DNA of 64,000 nt, from contig NC_042997.1 of assembly GCF_006345805.1 (NCBI RefSeq), positions 174,716,001 to 174,780,000 of the forward strand, given 5' to 3'. The notes under the pieces are model-generated. The model was not told the DNA's origin and made no database searches. It worked only from the letters and a program-made list of their open reading frames with translations. Shown piece after piece: positions 39,338 through 53,000 of the stretch (its first letter is position 1; every line of letters starts with the position of its first letter). Origin of the DNA: Octopus sinensis (Eukaryota). Position numbers and translations under genes: made by a program.

Positions 39338-41977
39338 TAAAAAAAAATAAATAAAAAAGGGGGGTCGATCAAAAGGGATCGTAAAAGGAGAGAAAGAGGA
39401 CAAAAAAGGGGGGGGTTAAAAAAAAAGGGGGAGGAAAAAAAATTGATCAATTGGGATCGTTATCACAGAAATGTCAATATGAAGTGTAAAGGGGAGGACA
39501 GGTGAGGTTTACCCGTGGAAAGAAAAGCCTACGGAAAAGACCACGGTAACCTCGGTCAATGAAGTCACATGTTATATTTCTTTTTTTTTTTTTTTTGCAA
39601 ATAAGCAACTCTCTGTATTAATTTTTACGGTTCATAGAATCATAGTCAAGGTGGCTTCGTCATTCATACGTGCCATCCTTGCTACATTCACCCATCTTTT
39701 TTAAAACATTCACTAGACAAAACTTGCCTCTCTACTCTCACTTTTTTTTCAAGTGATACTTGAAGAAGTTGATGAGAGATTGACCAGAGAGGAAAGTGTT
39801 TGTCTCTAATCCTTTCAGACGCGTCCATCAGAACATTCTTTCGCCATAGCCACAAGGATGATAAAAATAGCTCTTCCTTCCCGTTTGAAGGAAGGAGGCG
39901 TGACGATATTAACGATAGACTCGGCTGATAAACCGACACGTCCACACGTGACAGCAGTCGTTCGACATAAGCCCACAGGTGGGAAATTGCTGGACACTGC
40001 ACGATTGCGTGCAGAGCGGTTTCGTCGCTCTGCCCGCATCTCGGGCAGGTCGGCCCCGTGTTTCTCGAGCCATGCCTATAGAGCTTATCCCGAACGGGTA
40101 GCGCTTCTCGGTAGCACCGCCAGGCCAGGGATCTCTGGAAGTTGTCCATAGGTCCCGGGCCGAAAGTCGTTTGAAACAGGCGGGTCAGGTATTCCTCGTC
40201 GACGCCCAGGTTTGCCCCGAGCTCGTCGTCGTACCTCCCCTCCACTAATCCCCTATAGAATGCTTTGGTTGTGTTGAAGTCACTCAAGGTCGACCCGGGA
40301 CGGCAGAGTTGCTTGAGAGCAACGCGACACTCGCGGTGCCATTCGCCCTTCTTCGGCCTCTTTTTGATCCACGACTGTAGTTCGGTCATGGAGACGAGTT
40401 GCGGGAATGCGTGCCTCACAAACGGCGACCACACCTGTTCACCGTCGTCTACATAGAGCCGGAGATGTCGCAGTCTCAGCGCGTGTCTGCGCATCATCAA
40501 CCACGGCATGCCCAGCCCTCCTTTTAACGGGTGTTGACAGCAAATGGATTCGCCTGACCATCGGGACGCATCCTTTCCACAAGAAGCGGAAGAGGATGCG
40601 TTCTAGTTTGGTGATGGTAGGGTCGGGACAAGGTACGACGGTCAGGCGGTAGTAGATGATGGACGCGATGTACGCGTTCACCACCTCCGCCCGACCTTTT
40701 AGGGACAGTTTCCTCTCGGCCCATTGCTGGGCGAGAGTGACCACCCTACTCGTTATCTCGTTCCAGTTCTTCTCCATTTGGAGGTCCGGACCGAACCAGA
40801 CCCCGAGCAACTCAACCGGGCCGTCTGTCCAGCGTCTCACGATGGAGGTACTGGTGGACGGCATGGGCTTGCTTCTCCAGGTGCCGAGCCGCAAGCCCAC
40901 TGACTTTTCCCGGTTGATTTTTGCTCCTGTCACCGCTTCGTAGTCTTTCAGTGTCTCGCCGACCCGCTCGATGTGCTCGTGGCTTGACACTATGACGGTG
41001 ACGTCGTCCGCGTATGCAGACACGCTCGTCCCGCATCCTAATTCTCGCGGGATGCCCCTCAGAGTCGCCAGCTTCCGCAGTAGTGGCTCAAGAGTCAATA
41101 CGTTATAGAAGCGCCGAGAGGGGGCATCCCTGACGGACCGAACGTGCAATGTCGAAGGGTCTCGATAGATGTCCATTTACGCGAATTACCGAACGGATGC
41201 CCCTGTACAAGGCAGCTATCCAGCCGCGGAAGACGGGACCGAAATCAGCCGCTCTCAGGACTGCCTCCAAGTATCGATGGTCTACCCTATCAAAGGCTTT
41301 CGATTGATCCAAGTTGATCAGGGCCCCACCCATGCCAGGTTCGTTAACTACCTGTCTATGATGTAGCGCAGCATCAGATGGAGGTTGTCATGAATGCTCC
41401 GGCCCGGCACGGCGCACGTTTGTGCGTTGTCGACCAGTTTCTCCATGACAAGCGCCAACCTCTTGGCTAACACCTTTGTCAAAATTTTCAGGTCTGCATT
41501 GAGCAGAGTGATTGGCCTAAAGTTATCTATAATGTTTCCCTTGTTTGGATCTTTCTTCAGCAGAGTTACAGTTCCTCGACTCACAAAACCGGGTATGCTC
41601 CCGTTTTGCTGCCAGTTGCAGTATACCGCTGCCAAGACGTCTCCAAACAAGTCTGGCATACAATAGTAAATTCGTAGGGTAGACCATCCAAACCCGGTGA
41701 TTTGTCCCTCGAGCATTCTGCCATCGCTTCCCGCACTTCCGCCGCCGTGATGGCACCTTCGCAGCACCCTGCCTTTCTTGTCGAGAGTCGTGGCAGGCTA
41801 TGTAGGTAGGCACTGAAGTCTACCCTACGTTCTTGCCCTCCACTCGTCCCGGACAGTCGGGCAAAATGCTACTGAAAGGCCTCACACATTTTACTTGGCT
41901 CGAGCAATTCGCGCCCCTGTTCATCTACCAGTGACCGAATGGTGGCTTTGTTGCCCTGTTGCGCCTCTGCCACCCGG
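39221..41977 (-). mobile_element. Tx1-like element E, 5'-truncated in ORF2 between EN and RT (type 1)
   Basis: VAEAQQGNKATIRSL... through RT and zinc finger; nearly identical to element I; (GATA)n at 41979-42087. Confidence 0.9.
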
Positions 41978-42002
41978 CAGATAGATAGATAGATAGATAG
42001 AC

Positions 42003-42087
<85 letters not shown>

Positions 42088-42189
42088 TGTTTCTTTATTA
42101 GCCACACAGGGCTGCACACAGATAGAACAAATTACAAGGTAGAGCTTTTCTTTTGAAGGTTTAAAAAATAAAAAAATAAAAAAAAAAAA

Positions 42190-42192
<3 letters not shown>
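42088..42192 (-). mobile_element. Tx1-like element F, 105-bp 3' terminal fragment (type 1)
   Basis: tgtttctttattagccacacagggctgcacacagatagaac...; flanked by (GATA)n on both sides. Confidence 0.85.
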
Positions 42193-42277
<85 letters not shown>

Positions 42278-42580
42278 CTTTCTTTTATTAGCCACACAGG
42301 GCTGAATACAGAGGGGACAAATACAAATGCAGAGCTTTTCTTTTCGAGGGTGGAAAAAAATAAAAAATTTAAGATTGCGATCAAAAGGGATCGAGAGGAG
42401 GAAAAAAAGGAAAAAAAGAAAATCGTGTATCACAGAAATAATGGTGTAAACATTGATATAACAAGATGGGGTTCATCCGTGGGAAGAAAAGCCTACAGAC
42501 AGAAAAGACCACGGGACCCCAGTCAGGGAGAAAATAAACACATGAGGTCAAAAATGCTCTCTTTCTTTCTTTTTTACGAT

Positions 42581-45500
42581 CTACAGGATCATGCTCAAAA
42601 TGGTTTCGTTACTAGCACGCACCATCTTTGCAACATTCACCCATCTTTTTTTGAATCTTTCGCGAGACAAAACTTCCCTCTCCATTCTCACCTTCCTTTT
42701 CAAGTGGTACTTGAAAAAGTTGATGAGCGATTGGCCAGAGAGGTAAGTGTTTGTCTCTAATCCTTTCGCTCGAGTCCACCACACACATTCTTTCACCATG
42801 GCCCCCAGTACGATGAAAACTGCCTTGCCTTCCCGGTTGAGGGAAGGGGGCGGAGCAATTCTGACGATAGACTCGGCCGATAGGCGGATTCGTCCCACAC
42901 GTGACAGCAGCCGTTCGGCATAAGCTCACAGGTCGGAAATGGTTGGACATTGCACGAGTGCGTGCAGAACGGTTTCGTCGCTCTGACCGCATCTCGGGCA
43001 AGTCGGTCCAGTGTGTCTGGAACCGTGTCTGTAGAGCTTATCCCGAACAGGTAATGCTTCTCGATAGCACTGCCAGGCCGGGATCTTTGGTGATTGTTCA
43101 TAGGTCCCGGCCCGAAAGTTGTCCTGAACAGGCGGGTCAGGTGTTCCTCGTCGACGCCCAGACTCTGCCCGAGTTCGTCGTCGCACCTCCCCTCCACTAA
43201 TCCTCTATAGAATGCCTTTGTTGTGATGGAGTCGCACAAGTTCGATCCCGGACGGCAGAGTTGCTTGAGAGCAACGCGACACTCGCGGTGCCATTCGCCT
43301 AGCCTCGGTCTCTGCTTGATCCATGACTGTAGTTCGTCCAAGGAGACGAGCTGCGGGAAAGCGCGCCGCACAAAAGGCGACCACCCCTGTTCACCGTTGT
43401 CTATGAAGCGCCGGGGATGTGGCAGTCTCAGCGCATGTCTGCGCATCATCAACCACGGCATGCCCAGCCCTCCATTTAGCGGGTGTTGGCAGCAAATGGA
43501 TCGCCTAACCATCGGAACGTTTCCTTCCACAAGAAGCGGAAGAGTATGCGTTCCAGTTTGGTGATGGTAGGGTCGGGACAAGGCACGACGGTCAGACGAT
43601 ACTCGATGACGGATGCGATGTACGCGTTCGCCACCTCCGCCCGACCTTTTAGGGATAGCTTTCTCTCAGTCCATTTCTGGGTGAGAGTAGCCACCCTAGT
43701 CGTTATCTCGCCCCAGTTCTTCTCCATTTGGAGGTCCGGACCGAACCAGACCCCGAGCAATTTAAACCGGTCCGTCCGTCCAGCGTCCCACGATGGAGAC
43801 GCTGTTGGACGGCATGGGCTTGCTTCTCCAGGTGCCGAGCCGCAATCCCACTGACTTTTCCCGGTTAATTTTTGCTCCCGTTACCGCTTCGTATTCTTTC
43901 AGTGTCTCGCCGACCAGCTCGATGTGCTTGTAGCTCGACACTATGACGGTGACATCATCCGCGTATGCAGACACGCTCGTCCCGCATCCCAGCTCTCGTG
44001 GGATGCCCCTCAGCGTCGCCAGTTTCCGCAGTAGTGGCTCAAGAGTCAGTACATACAGCAGCGATGAGAGGGGGCATCCCTGACGAACCGAACGCATGAT
44101 GTTAAAAGGTCTGGATAGATGACCATTTACGCGAACTACTGAGCGGATGCCGCTGTATAAGGCAGCGATCCAACCGCGGAAAATGGACCGAAACCAGCCG
44201 CTTTGAGGACAGCCTCCAAGTAGTGATGGTCTACCCTATCGAAGGCTTTTGATTGATCCAAATTGATCAGCGCCCCACCCATGCCAGGATTTTTAACTAC
44301 CCTGTCTATGATGTAGCGCATCATGGATGGAGGTTGTCATGAATACTTCTACCCGGCACGGCGCATGTTTGCGCCTTGTCGATTAGTTTCTTGATGACAA
44401 GCGCCAACCTCTCGGCTAACACCTTGGCCAAAATTTTCAAATCTGCGTTGAAGAGTGATGGGCCTGAAATTATCTATGACTTCCCCCTTGTTTGGGTCTT
44501 TCTTGATCAGTGCCACTGCTCCTCGCTTTACAAAAGCAGGAATACTCCCGTTCTGCTGCCAGTTGCAGTAGACAGCTGCCAAGACGCCTCCAAACAAGTC
44601 TGGCATATGAAAATAAAATTCGTAGGCAGCACCATCCAAGCCTGGTGACTTGTCTCTCGCGCAGCCTACCATCGCATCCTGTACATCAGCAGCTGTGATA
44701 GGCTTTTCACAAGACTCCACCTCCCTTGCTGAGAGTCGTGGCAAGGCATGCAGGTAGGCACTAAAGTCCACTCTGCTTTCTGACTCACCACTTGTCCCAA
44801 ACAGTTGGGTGAAGTGTTGTTGTGAAAAACCCACACATCCTTTTAGGCTCGAGCAATTCGCGCCCCTGTTCATCTATAAGAGACTTGATGGTGGCTCTGT
44901 TGCCTCGTTGCGTCTCCACCGCTCTCGGGCCTCTTGGGCGGCTCCAACTCCTTCGTTCCTCAGAGCACGCATCCTAGCTCTGACAACGCATCCCTCGTGT
45001 TTGGCGTTGAGGTGTTGGTCGAGGGCCAATCTCGCCGCCAGCAGTACTGGACGCGATGCCAGTTCTAAGTGCCTCTTCTAAAACCTTAACTAATTCTCCC
45101 TCTATTCTATTTCGGTCTAATGCTAGGGCTCTACTGTATCTGACTGATTCTGCTTTAATCGCTTTTTTAGGGCATACCACCATCTGTTGTTGATGATGGT
45201 ACCCGTCAAAGCTCTCTTAACTAATGTGCTGATCCGGTCCCTGTAAACCTGTCGTGCTGTAAAAGACGCGTTCAGTTTCCAGTAACCAGGACCCTGCCTA
45301 TGTGTCTTATCTAAGTCAAGTGTACAAGTCACAAACTTGTGATCTGTGTAACTGACTATATGAAATTGTGGACAACCTACACTATTTTTATCTATTGTCC
45401 TACAGAATACTCTATCTAAGTATGATCTGGACGACCCGATGCGGTTACTCCATGTCCACATTGGCACATTCGGGTGGTCCAGTCGGTACCTGTCAGACAG

Positions 45501-46017
45501 TTGGAAACGTCTGAGCAGGTCTTTGAGGCATTTGCATCCCTTCTATTGCTATCTCTGCCCACGTAGTCTAGATGCGTGTCCAGGGTGGCATTCCAATCCC
45601 CCACTAAAAGTAAAGGACGAGACGTTCCCATGAAAGACTCTAGACGTCGAAAGAAATCTGGTCGGCCTGTTAAGGACGGAGCATAAACTGCTATCAGTCG
45701 GAAAAGCACACTCATTGCTGCCATCGACATCCAAAACGACCAGCCTACCCTCCGGGTCTAGGAAATTGCTCTTACTTTGAGATCCGACTCTTCCGGATAA
45801 GCACCGCGGTGCCACCTCCGCCCATTCTCGGTAGACACGGAGAAAAATAAATGTTGAAATGTGTACCGAAAATGTGCTGGAGTGCCCGCAAGCTGTGGAG
45901 TCTAGTCTCACTGATGGCTATGATATTCAGATTTAGTGACTTGATGTCATTTAACAGGCAGCCTTGTTTCCAAGGCGACCCCAAGCCACGTACATTTATA
46001 CTACCTATTCTGAGCAT
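42581..46017 (-). pseudogene. Element G ORF2 (APE-RT-zf), many small indels
   Basis: Same EN/RT/zf motifs split across ORFs 45772, 45416, 45123, 44349, 44136, 43762, 43476, 42793 and 42581. Confidence 0.88.
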
Positions 46018-46059
46018 GTTCCGATAAAAGTGCAAAAAAGGAAAAGGAGAGAGAAAAGG

Positions 46060-48021
46060 TTACTTGTTTTTCGAAAGTTCTTGTTCTTTCACCTCACGGT
46101 CTTCTTCTATGAGGCTTTTATACAGTTTTTTTCGATGAGTACTTTTGAAATCTCCCTACTGCATCAGGGTAAAGAGATTTCAGGGGCTGTATGTGTTCTG
46201 TGTCACGTGTATTATTTAATGTGTGTGTGGTGTGTGTTGTGGTGGGTGGTTACTTGTTTTTATGTCGTTTTCAGTAATGTAGTGTTTGACCTAATGTGTT
46301 CCATTAGGTCGTGGTTGTTTGTGTTTATGGCTGTCAACATTTTTGGGGGGTTTGATGATGGGTGGTTTGTGTTGATGTGTGTGTTTTCTGTGGATGTTTT
46401 GTTTCGGGAGTGGTGTATCTTCCCGCTTTGTTTGTTATTTTTTCTTTTCTTTTTTTTTCCCCTTTTTCTTCTCCCCCCTGTGGCTATTTGCCAATCTTCC
46501 GTGTCTTCTTCGTCTAATGACAGATCAGACGAATCGGAGTCTGGAAGAGGGAAAGTATTGGGGTTTATTGTCGACTGTGGTTGGTGTTGGTGGTGAGCGT
46601 TTGGTTGTGGTGTATGCGGTTTTGGATGTGGGGTTTGGGTATTTTGTGTTTGAGTGATTGTGGGTATTGTTGTGTTTGTTTAGGGTCTCAATTTTGTGGG
46701 GATTTGGAGTTGTAATTGTTTCTTCATTTTTGCTGGTGTCTTTTTGGCAGATGTCCTTGGTTTGGGAGTTGGTATATTCTTGGTTGTTGTTGTTGGTGAT
46801 GCTGCTTCTGTTCTTGGTGCTGCAGTTGGTGTGGTTGTTTCTTTGGTGAGGTTTGTTCCTGCAAAAAGTGGTGTGGGTAGTAAACCTTGTTTATGTTTTT
46901 GTTTCCGGCTGCTGTTGTTGTTGCTGTTGTTTTCTTGCGGCAGATTTGCAGTCTTTTTTGAGGTGTTGCTCACTGCCGCATATGTAGCAACGTGGTCTTC
47001 TGCCATCGACGACCACATATAACTGTGGTGGTCGTCTGATACACATATCTGGGTGGGTATTTTTTTTATATCTTCATGATGTATATGTAGAAGAAATTCT
47101 ATTTTTTTTCCCACCCAGTTTTTATGCTCTGTGACTGTGGTTTCCAAAATAGTATAATTCGCCATTTTTACGCATAAGGCCTTTACAAGCCATAGACTAT
47201 TGGCTATTTTGGGGACATTGTTTAGAGTGATCTTAGTCACTTTCTGTCCCCGATAGCTTGGTGTAAGTGGAGTTCATCTGAGTGAAGAGTTAGCGTTGAG
47301 AAATGTCTAGCTAACTCTTCGGTGTAGAAAACGACTTGTATGTGGGCAAATTTGTTCCACCAGGTTACATATTCTTTGTGATCCCAGATGGGTTTCAAGC
47401 ACTTCTCTATTTTGCTTGTGTTGGCCTTCTCTGGGATTTTTGTTTTTTTGTTAACTATTTTATAAATAATGCTCGTTTTTTTCATTTTCCAAAATATCTT
47501 CTTTGGTATGTTTATTTTTACTATACCTTCTGATTCTGTTATTTTGATGTTCGTTGTCCTGTATTTGTTGAGCCGTAAATTATATTGTTGTTTTTTTTCT
47601 TTAATCGCCTCAGCGAAATTTGTTGTTGTTTTGTTATTGTTGTTGCTTGTGGTGATGTTGTTGTTGACTGCAGTTTGTAAAATTGGTGTGTTTGGTTCGA
47701 TCGTGCAAGTAGGAAGGGGTGGAAAATTGCCTGCGTACTTTAGTCCTGCACAGGGCAAATTCGACATTTTGTTTGCTTGTCGTCGTTATTTTTTCACTTG
47801 TTTGTGTGATGGGAGTGAGCAGTGGTTGAAGGGAATTGTTGTTGTCGTCGTTGTTGTTGTGTTGTTGTTGTTGTTATTGTCGTTCTTGGTGACGGCGGTG
47901 GTGTTGGTAGTATTAGTAGCATTGACGGCACGGTCTTTGGTGGCGGTGATGGTGATGTTGTGTTGTTATTGGTGGCGATATCTTTAGTAGGGATAGCAGT
48001 TTGAGTAGCAGATTCTGCCAT
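46060..48021 (-). pseudogene. Element G ORF1, frameshifted
   Basis: T/N/Q-rich N-terminus; FAHIQVVFYTEELARHF; RPRCYICGSEQHLKKDC knuckle at ~46950-47000. Confidence 0.8.
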
Positions 48022-48433
48022 GGTGTTGGTGGTGGTGGTGGACTCATGATGGTGTTGACGGTGCTTGGCCTTGCGACCTTTGTTTTGTATTTGTTGCTGT
48101 TGGTGGTGGTGGAGTTGTCAGGTTCGGCGTATGCTAACAGAGCATCCTGTTATTCTGTTTCTGCGTCACGCTTGACTTGCAACTCAGCCTCGTGGTGGCC
48201 AGTGGCTATTTTGGAAATAAAGTGGCTAAATGAAACCACGAAGGCTATGAGAATTTTTTCTTTTAAATTTTGCCCACAAGGGGCAAAATTTTGTGTCGAT
48301 ATTATTCAAAGGTTTACAGTGGATGTTGTTGCACAACTTTTAAGCACAAAATGTTTGTCAATATACACTTTTAAATAGTCAAAATAAATGATTACCTTCG
48401 GAGCTAAAACGACATCACATCCGTCAGAGATAG

Positions 48434-48524
48434 TACATTCCTTCGCCATAGCCACAAGGATGATGAAAATAGCTCTTCCTTCCCGTTTGAAGGAAGGAGG
48501 CGTGACAATATTGACGATAGACTC

Positions 48525-48526
<2 letters not shown>
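48434..48526 (-). mobile_element. ~93-bp internal late-ORF2 fragment lodged between a short GAGATAG and a long (GATA)n
   Basis: Encodes ESIVNIVTPPSFKREGRAIFIILVAMAKEC, matching A/D/E/I-type ORF2 rather than G. Confidence 0.8.
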
Positions 48527-48607
<81 letters not shown>

Positions 48608-48613
48608 CAGATA

Positions 48614-49563
48614 ACTTTCTTTTATTAGCCACACAGGGCTGAATACAGAGGGGACAAATGCAAATGCAGAGCTTTTCTTTTCGAGGTGGAAAAAAATAAA
48701 AAATGTAAGATTGCGATCAAAAGGGATCGAGGGGAGGAAAAAAAGGGAAAAAAAAGAAATCGTGTATCACAGAAATAATGGTGTAAACATTGATATAACA
48801 AGATTGGGTTCATCCGTGGGAAGAAAAGCCACAGAAAAGACCACGGGAACCCCAGTCAGGGAGAAATAAACACATGAGGTAAAAAATGCTCTCTTTCTTT
48901 CTTTTTTACGATCTACAGGATCATGCTCAAAATGGTTTCGTTACTAGCACGCCATCTTGTGCAACATTCACCCATCTTTTTTTGAATCTTTCGCGAGACA
49001 AAACTTCCCTCCCCATTCTCACCTTCCTTTTAAGTGGTACTTGAAAAAGTTGATGAGGATTGGCCAGAGAGGTAAGTGTTTGTCTCTAATCCTTTCGCTC
49101 GAGTCCACCACACACATTCTTTAACCATGGCCCCAGTACGATGAAAATGCCTTGCCTTCCGGTTGAGGGAAGGGGGCGGAGCAATTTGATGATAGACTCG
49201 GCCGATAGGCGGATCGTCCCACAGTGACAGCAGCCGTTCGGCATAAGCTCACAGGTCGGAATGGTTGACATTGCACGAGTGCGTGCAGAACGGTTTCGTC
49301 GCTCTGACCGCATCTCGGCAAGTCGGTCCAGTGTGTCTGGGACCGTGTTGTAGAGCTTATCCCGAACGGTAATGCTTCTCGATAGCACTGCCAGGCCAGG
49401 GAGTTGGTGATGGTCATAGTCCGGCCCGAAAGTTGTCCTGAACAGTCGGGTCAGGTGTTCCTCGGTCGACGCCCAGACTTGCCCGAGTTCGTCGTCGCAC
49501 CTCCCCTCCACTAATCCTCTATAGAATGCCTTTGTTGTGATGGAGTGCACAAGTTCGACCGGA
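48614..49563 (-). mobile_element. Tx1-like element H, 5'-truncated (type 2), indel-rich
   Basis: Closely matches the 3' ~1 kb of element G; (GATA)n at 48527-48613 and 49565-49651. Confidence 0.88.
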
Positions 49564-49564
49564 C

Positions 49565-49603
<39 letters not shown>

Positions 49604-49606
49604 GAG

Positions 49607-49651
<45 letters not shown>

Positions 49652-50045
49652 TGTTTCTTTATTAGCCACACAGGGCTGCACACAGATAGAACAAATTACA
49701 AGGTAGAGCTTTTCTTTTGAAGGTTTAAAAAAAAAAAAAAATATTAAAATAAAAAATAAAATAAAATAAAAAAGGGGGGGTCGATCAAAAGGGATCGTAA
49801 AAGGAGAGAAAGAGGACAAAAAAAGGGGGGTTAAAAAAAAGGGGGAGAGGAAAAAAAATTGATCAATAGGGATCGTTATCACAGAAATGTCAATATGAAG
49901 TGTAAAGGGGAGGACAGGTGAGGTTTACCCCTGGAAAGAAAAGCCTACGGAAAAGACCACGGTAACCTCGGTCAATGAAGTCACATGTTATATTCTTTTT
50001 TTTTTTTTTTGCAAATAAGCAACTCTCTGTATTAATTTTTACGGT

Positions 50046-53000
50046 TCATAGAATCATAGTCAAGGTGGCTTCGTCATTCATACGTGCCATCCTTGCTACA
50101 TTCACCCATCTTTTTTTAAAACATTCACTAGACAAAACTTGCCTCTCTACTCTCACTTTTTTCTTCAAGTGATACTTGAAGAAGTTGATGAGAGATTGAC
50201 CAGAGAGGAAAGTGTTTGTCTCTAATCCTTTCAGACGCGTCCACCAGATACATTCTTTCGCCATAGCCACAAGTATGATAAAAATAGCTCTTCCTTCCCG
50301 TTTGAAGGAAGGAGGCGTGACGATATTAACGATAGACTCGGCTGATAAACCGACACGTCCCACACGTGACAGCAGTCGTTCGACATAAGCCCACAGGTGG
50401 GAAATTGCTGGACACTGCACGATTGCGTGCAGAGCGGTTTCGTCGCTCTGCCCGCATCTCGGGCAGGTCGGCCCCGTGTTTCTCGAGCCATGCCTATAGA
50501 GCTTATCCCGAACGGGTAGCGCTTCTCGGTAGCACCGCCAGGCCAGGGATCTCTGGAAGTTGTCCATAGGTCCCGCCCAGGTTTGCCCCGAGCTCGTCGT
50601 CGTACCTCCCCTCCACTAATCCCCTATAGAATGCTTTGGTTGTGTTGAAGTCACTCAAGGTCGACCCGGGACGGCAGAGTTGCTTGAGAGCAACGCGACA
50701 CTCGCGGTGCCATTCGCCCTTCTTCGGCCTCTTTTTGATCCACGACTGTAGTTCGGTCATGGAGACGAGTTGCGGGAATGCGTGCCTCACAAACGGCGAC
50801 CACACCTGTTCACCGTCGTCTACATAGAGCCGGAGATGTCGCAGTCTCAGCGCGTGTCTGCGCATCATCAACCACGGCATGCCCAGCCCTCCTTTTAACG
50901 GGTGTTGACAGCAAATGGATCGCCTGACATCGGGACGCATCCTTTCCACAAGAAGCGGAAGAGGATGCGTTCTAGTTTGGTGATGGTAGGGTCGGGACAA
51001 GGTACGACGGTCAGGCGGTAGTAGATGATGGACGCGATGTACGCGTTCACCACCTCCGCCCGACCTTTTAGGGACAGTTTCCTCTCGGCCCATTGCTGGC
51101 GAGAGTGACAACCCTACTCGTTATCTCGTTCCAGTTCTTCTCCATTTGGAGGTCCGGACCGAACCAGACCCCGAGCAACTCAACCGGGCCGTCTGTCCAG
51201 CGTCCCACGACGGAGGTACTGGTGGACGGCATGGGCTTGCTTCTCCAGGTGCCGAGCCGCAAACCCACTGACTTTTCCCGGTTGATTTTTGCTCCTGTCA
51301 CCGCTTCGTAGTCTTTCAGTGTCTCGCCGACCCGCTCGATGTGCTCGTGGCTTGACACTATGACGGTGACGTCGTCCGCGTATGCAGACACGCTCGTCCC
51401 GCATCCTAATTCTCGCGGGATGCCCCTCAGAGTCGCCAGCTTCCGCAGTAGTGGCTCAAGAGTCAATACGTATAGAAGCGCCGAGAGGGGGCATCCCTGA
51501 CGGACCGAACGTGCAATGTCGAAGGGTCTCGATAGATGTCCATTTACGCGAATTACCGAACGGATGCCTCTGTACAAGGCAGCTATCCAGCCGCGGAAGA
51601 CGGGACCGAAACCAGCCGCTCTCAGGACTGCCTCCAAGTATCGATGGTCTACCCTATCAAAGGCTTTCGATTGATCCAAGTTGATCAGGGCCCCACCCAT
51701 GCCAGGTTCGTTAACTACCCTGTCTATGATGTAGCGCATCAGATGGAGGTTGTCATGGATGCTCCGGCACGGCGCACGTTTGTGCGTTGTCGACCAGTTT
51801 CTCCATGACAAGCGCCAACCTCTTGGCTAACACCTTTGTCAAAATTTTCAGGTCTGCATTGAGCAGAGTGATTGGCCTAAAGTTATCTATAATGTTTCCC
51901 TTGTTTGGATCTTTCTTCAGCAGAGTTACAGCTCCTCGACTCACAAAACCGGGTATGCTCCCGTTTTGCTGCCAGTTGCAGTATACCGCTGCCAAGACGT
52001 CTCCAAACAAGTCTGGCATACAATATTAAAATTCGTAGGGTAGACCATCAAACCCGGTGATTTGTCCCTCGAGCATTCTGCCATCGCTTCCCGCACTTCC
52101 GCCGCCGCCGTGATGGCACCTTCGCAGCACCCTGCCTTCTTGTCGAGAGTCGTGGCAGGCTATGTAGGTAGGCACTGAAGTCTACCCTACGTTCTTGGCC
52201 TCCACTCGTCCCGAACAGTCGGGCAAAATGCTGCTGAAAGGCCTCACACATTTTACTTGGCTCGAGCAATTCGCGCCCCTGTTCATCTACCAGTGACCGA
52301 ATGGTGGCTTTGTTGCCCTGTTGCGCCTCTGCCACCCGGACCTCTCTCGCGGCTCCAACACCTTCGTTCCTTAGAGCACGCATCCTATCTCTGACAGCAC
52401 ATCCTTCGTGTTTGGCGTTGACGTGTTGGTCGAGGGCCAACCTCGCCGCCAAAACGTCGGATGCGATGCCGCTTCTAATTGCCTCTTCTAGCTTCTTAAC
52501 TAGCTCACCCTCTACTCTATTTCTATCTATGGCTAGTGCTTTGCTGTACCTAATCGCTTCTGCTTTTACTGCTCTCTTGAGGGCAAACCACCATTTGTTG
52601 TTGATGATGGCTCCCGTCAAAGCCCTCTTTACTAGTGTGCTAATCCGGTCTCTGAAAACTTGTCTGGACGGGAATGATGCGTTCAGTTTCCAGTACCCAG
52701 GACCCTGTCTATGTGCCTTATCTAAGTCTAGCGTACACGTCACCAATTTGTGATCCGTGTAGCTGACTGTGTGGAATTGTGGACATCCTAAGTTATCCTT
52801 GTCTACTGTCCTACACAGTATCCTATCTAGATACGATCTCGACGACCCACTGCGGTTGCTCCATGTCCACGTTGGTGCATTTGGGTGGTTTAGTCGGTAC
52901 CTGTCAGACAGTTGGAATCGTCTGAGCAGGTCTCTGAGGCATTTGCATCCCCTTCTGTTTCTGTCTCTACCCACGTAGTCTACATGCGTGTCCAAGGTAG

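Larger units (their letters stand above)
42277..48426 (-). mobile_element. Tx1-like element G, full length (~6.15 kb, type 2)
   Basis: 5' terminus TGACGGATGTGATGTCGTTT; ORF1 starts MAESATQTAIPTK; ORF2 starts MLRIGSINVRGL. Confidence 0.9.

Noticed and set aside
48100-48426. HDV-like ribozyme in the Tx1 5' UTR
   Set aside because: No nested double-pseudoknot pairing could be identified by eye; only a simple hairpin is supported.
29863-52753. Numerous plus-strand ORFs overlapping the retroelements
   Set aside because: They are antisense frames of GC-rich ORF2; they recur only because the elements are repeated.
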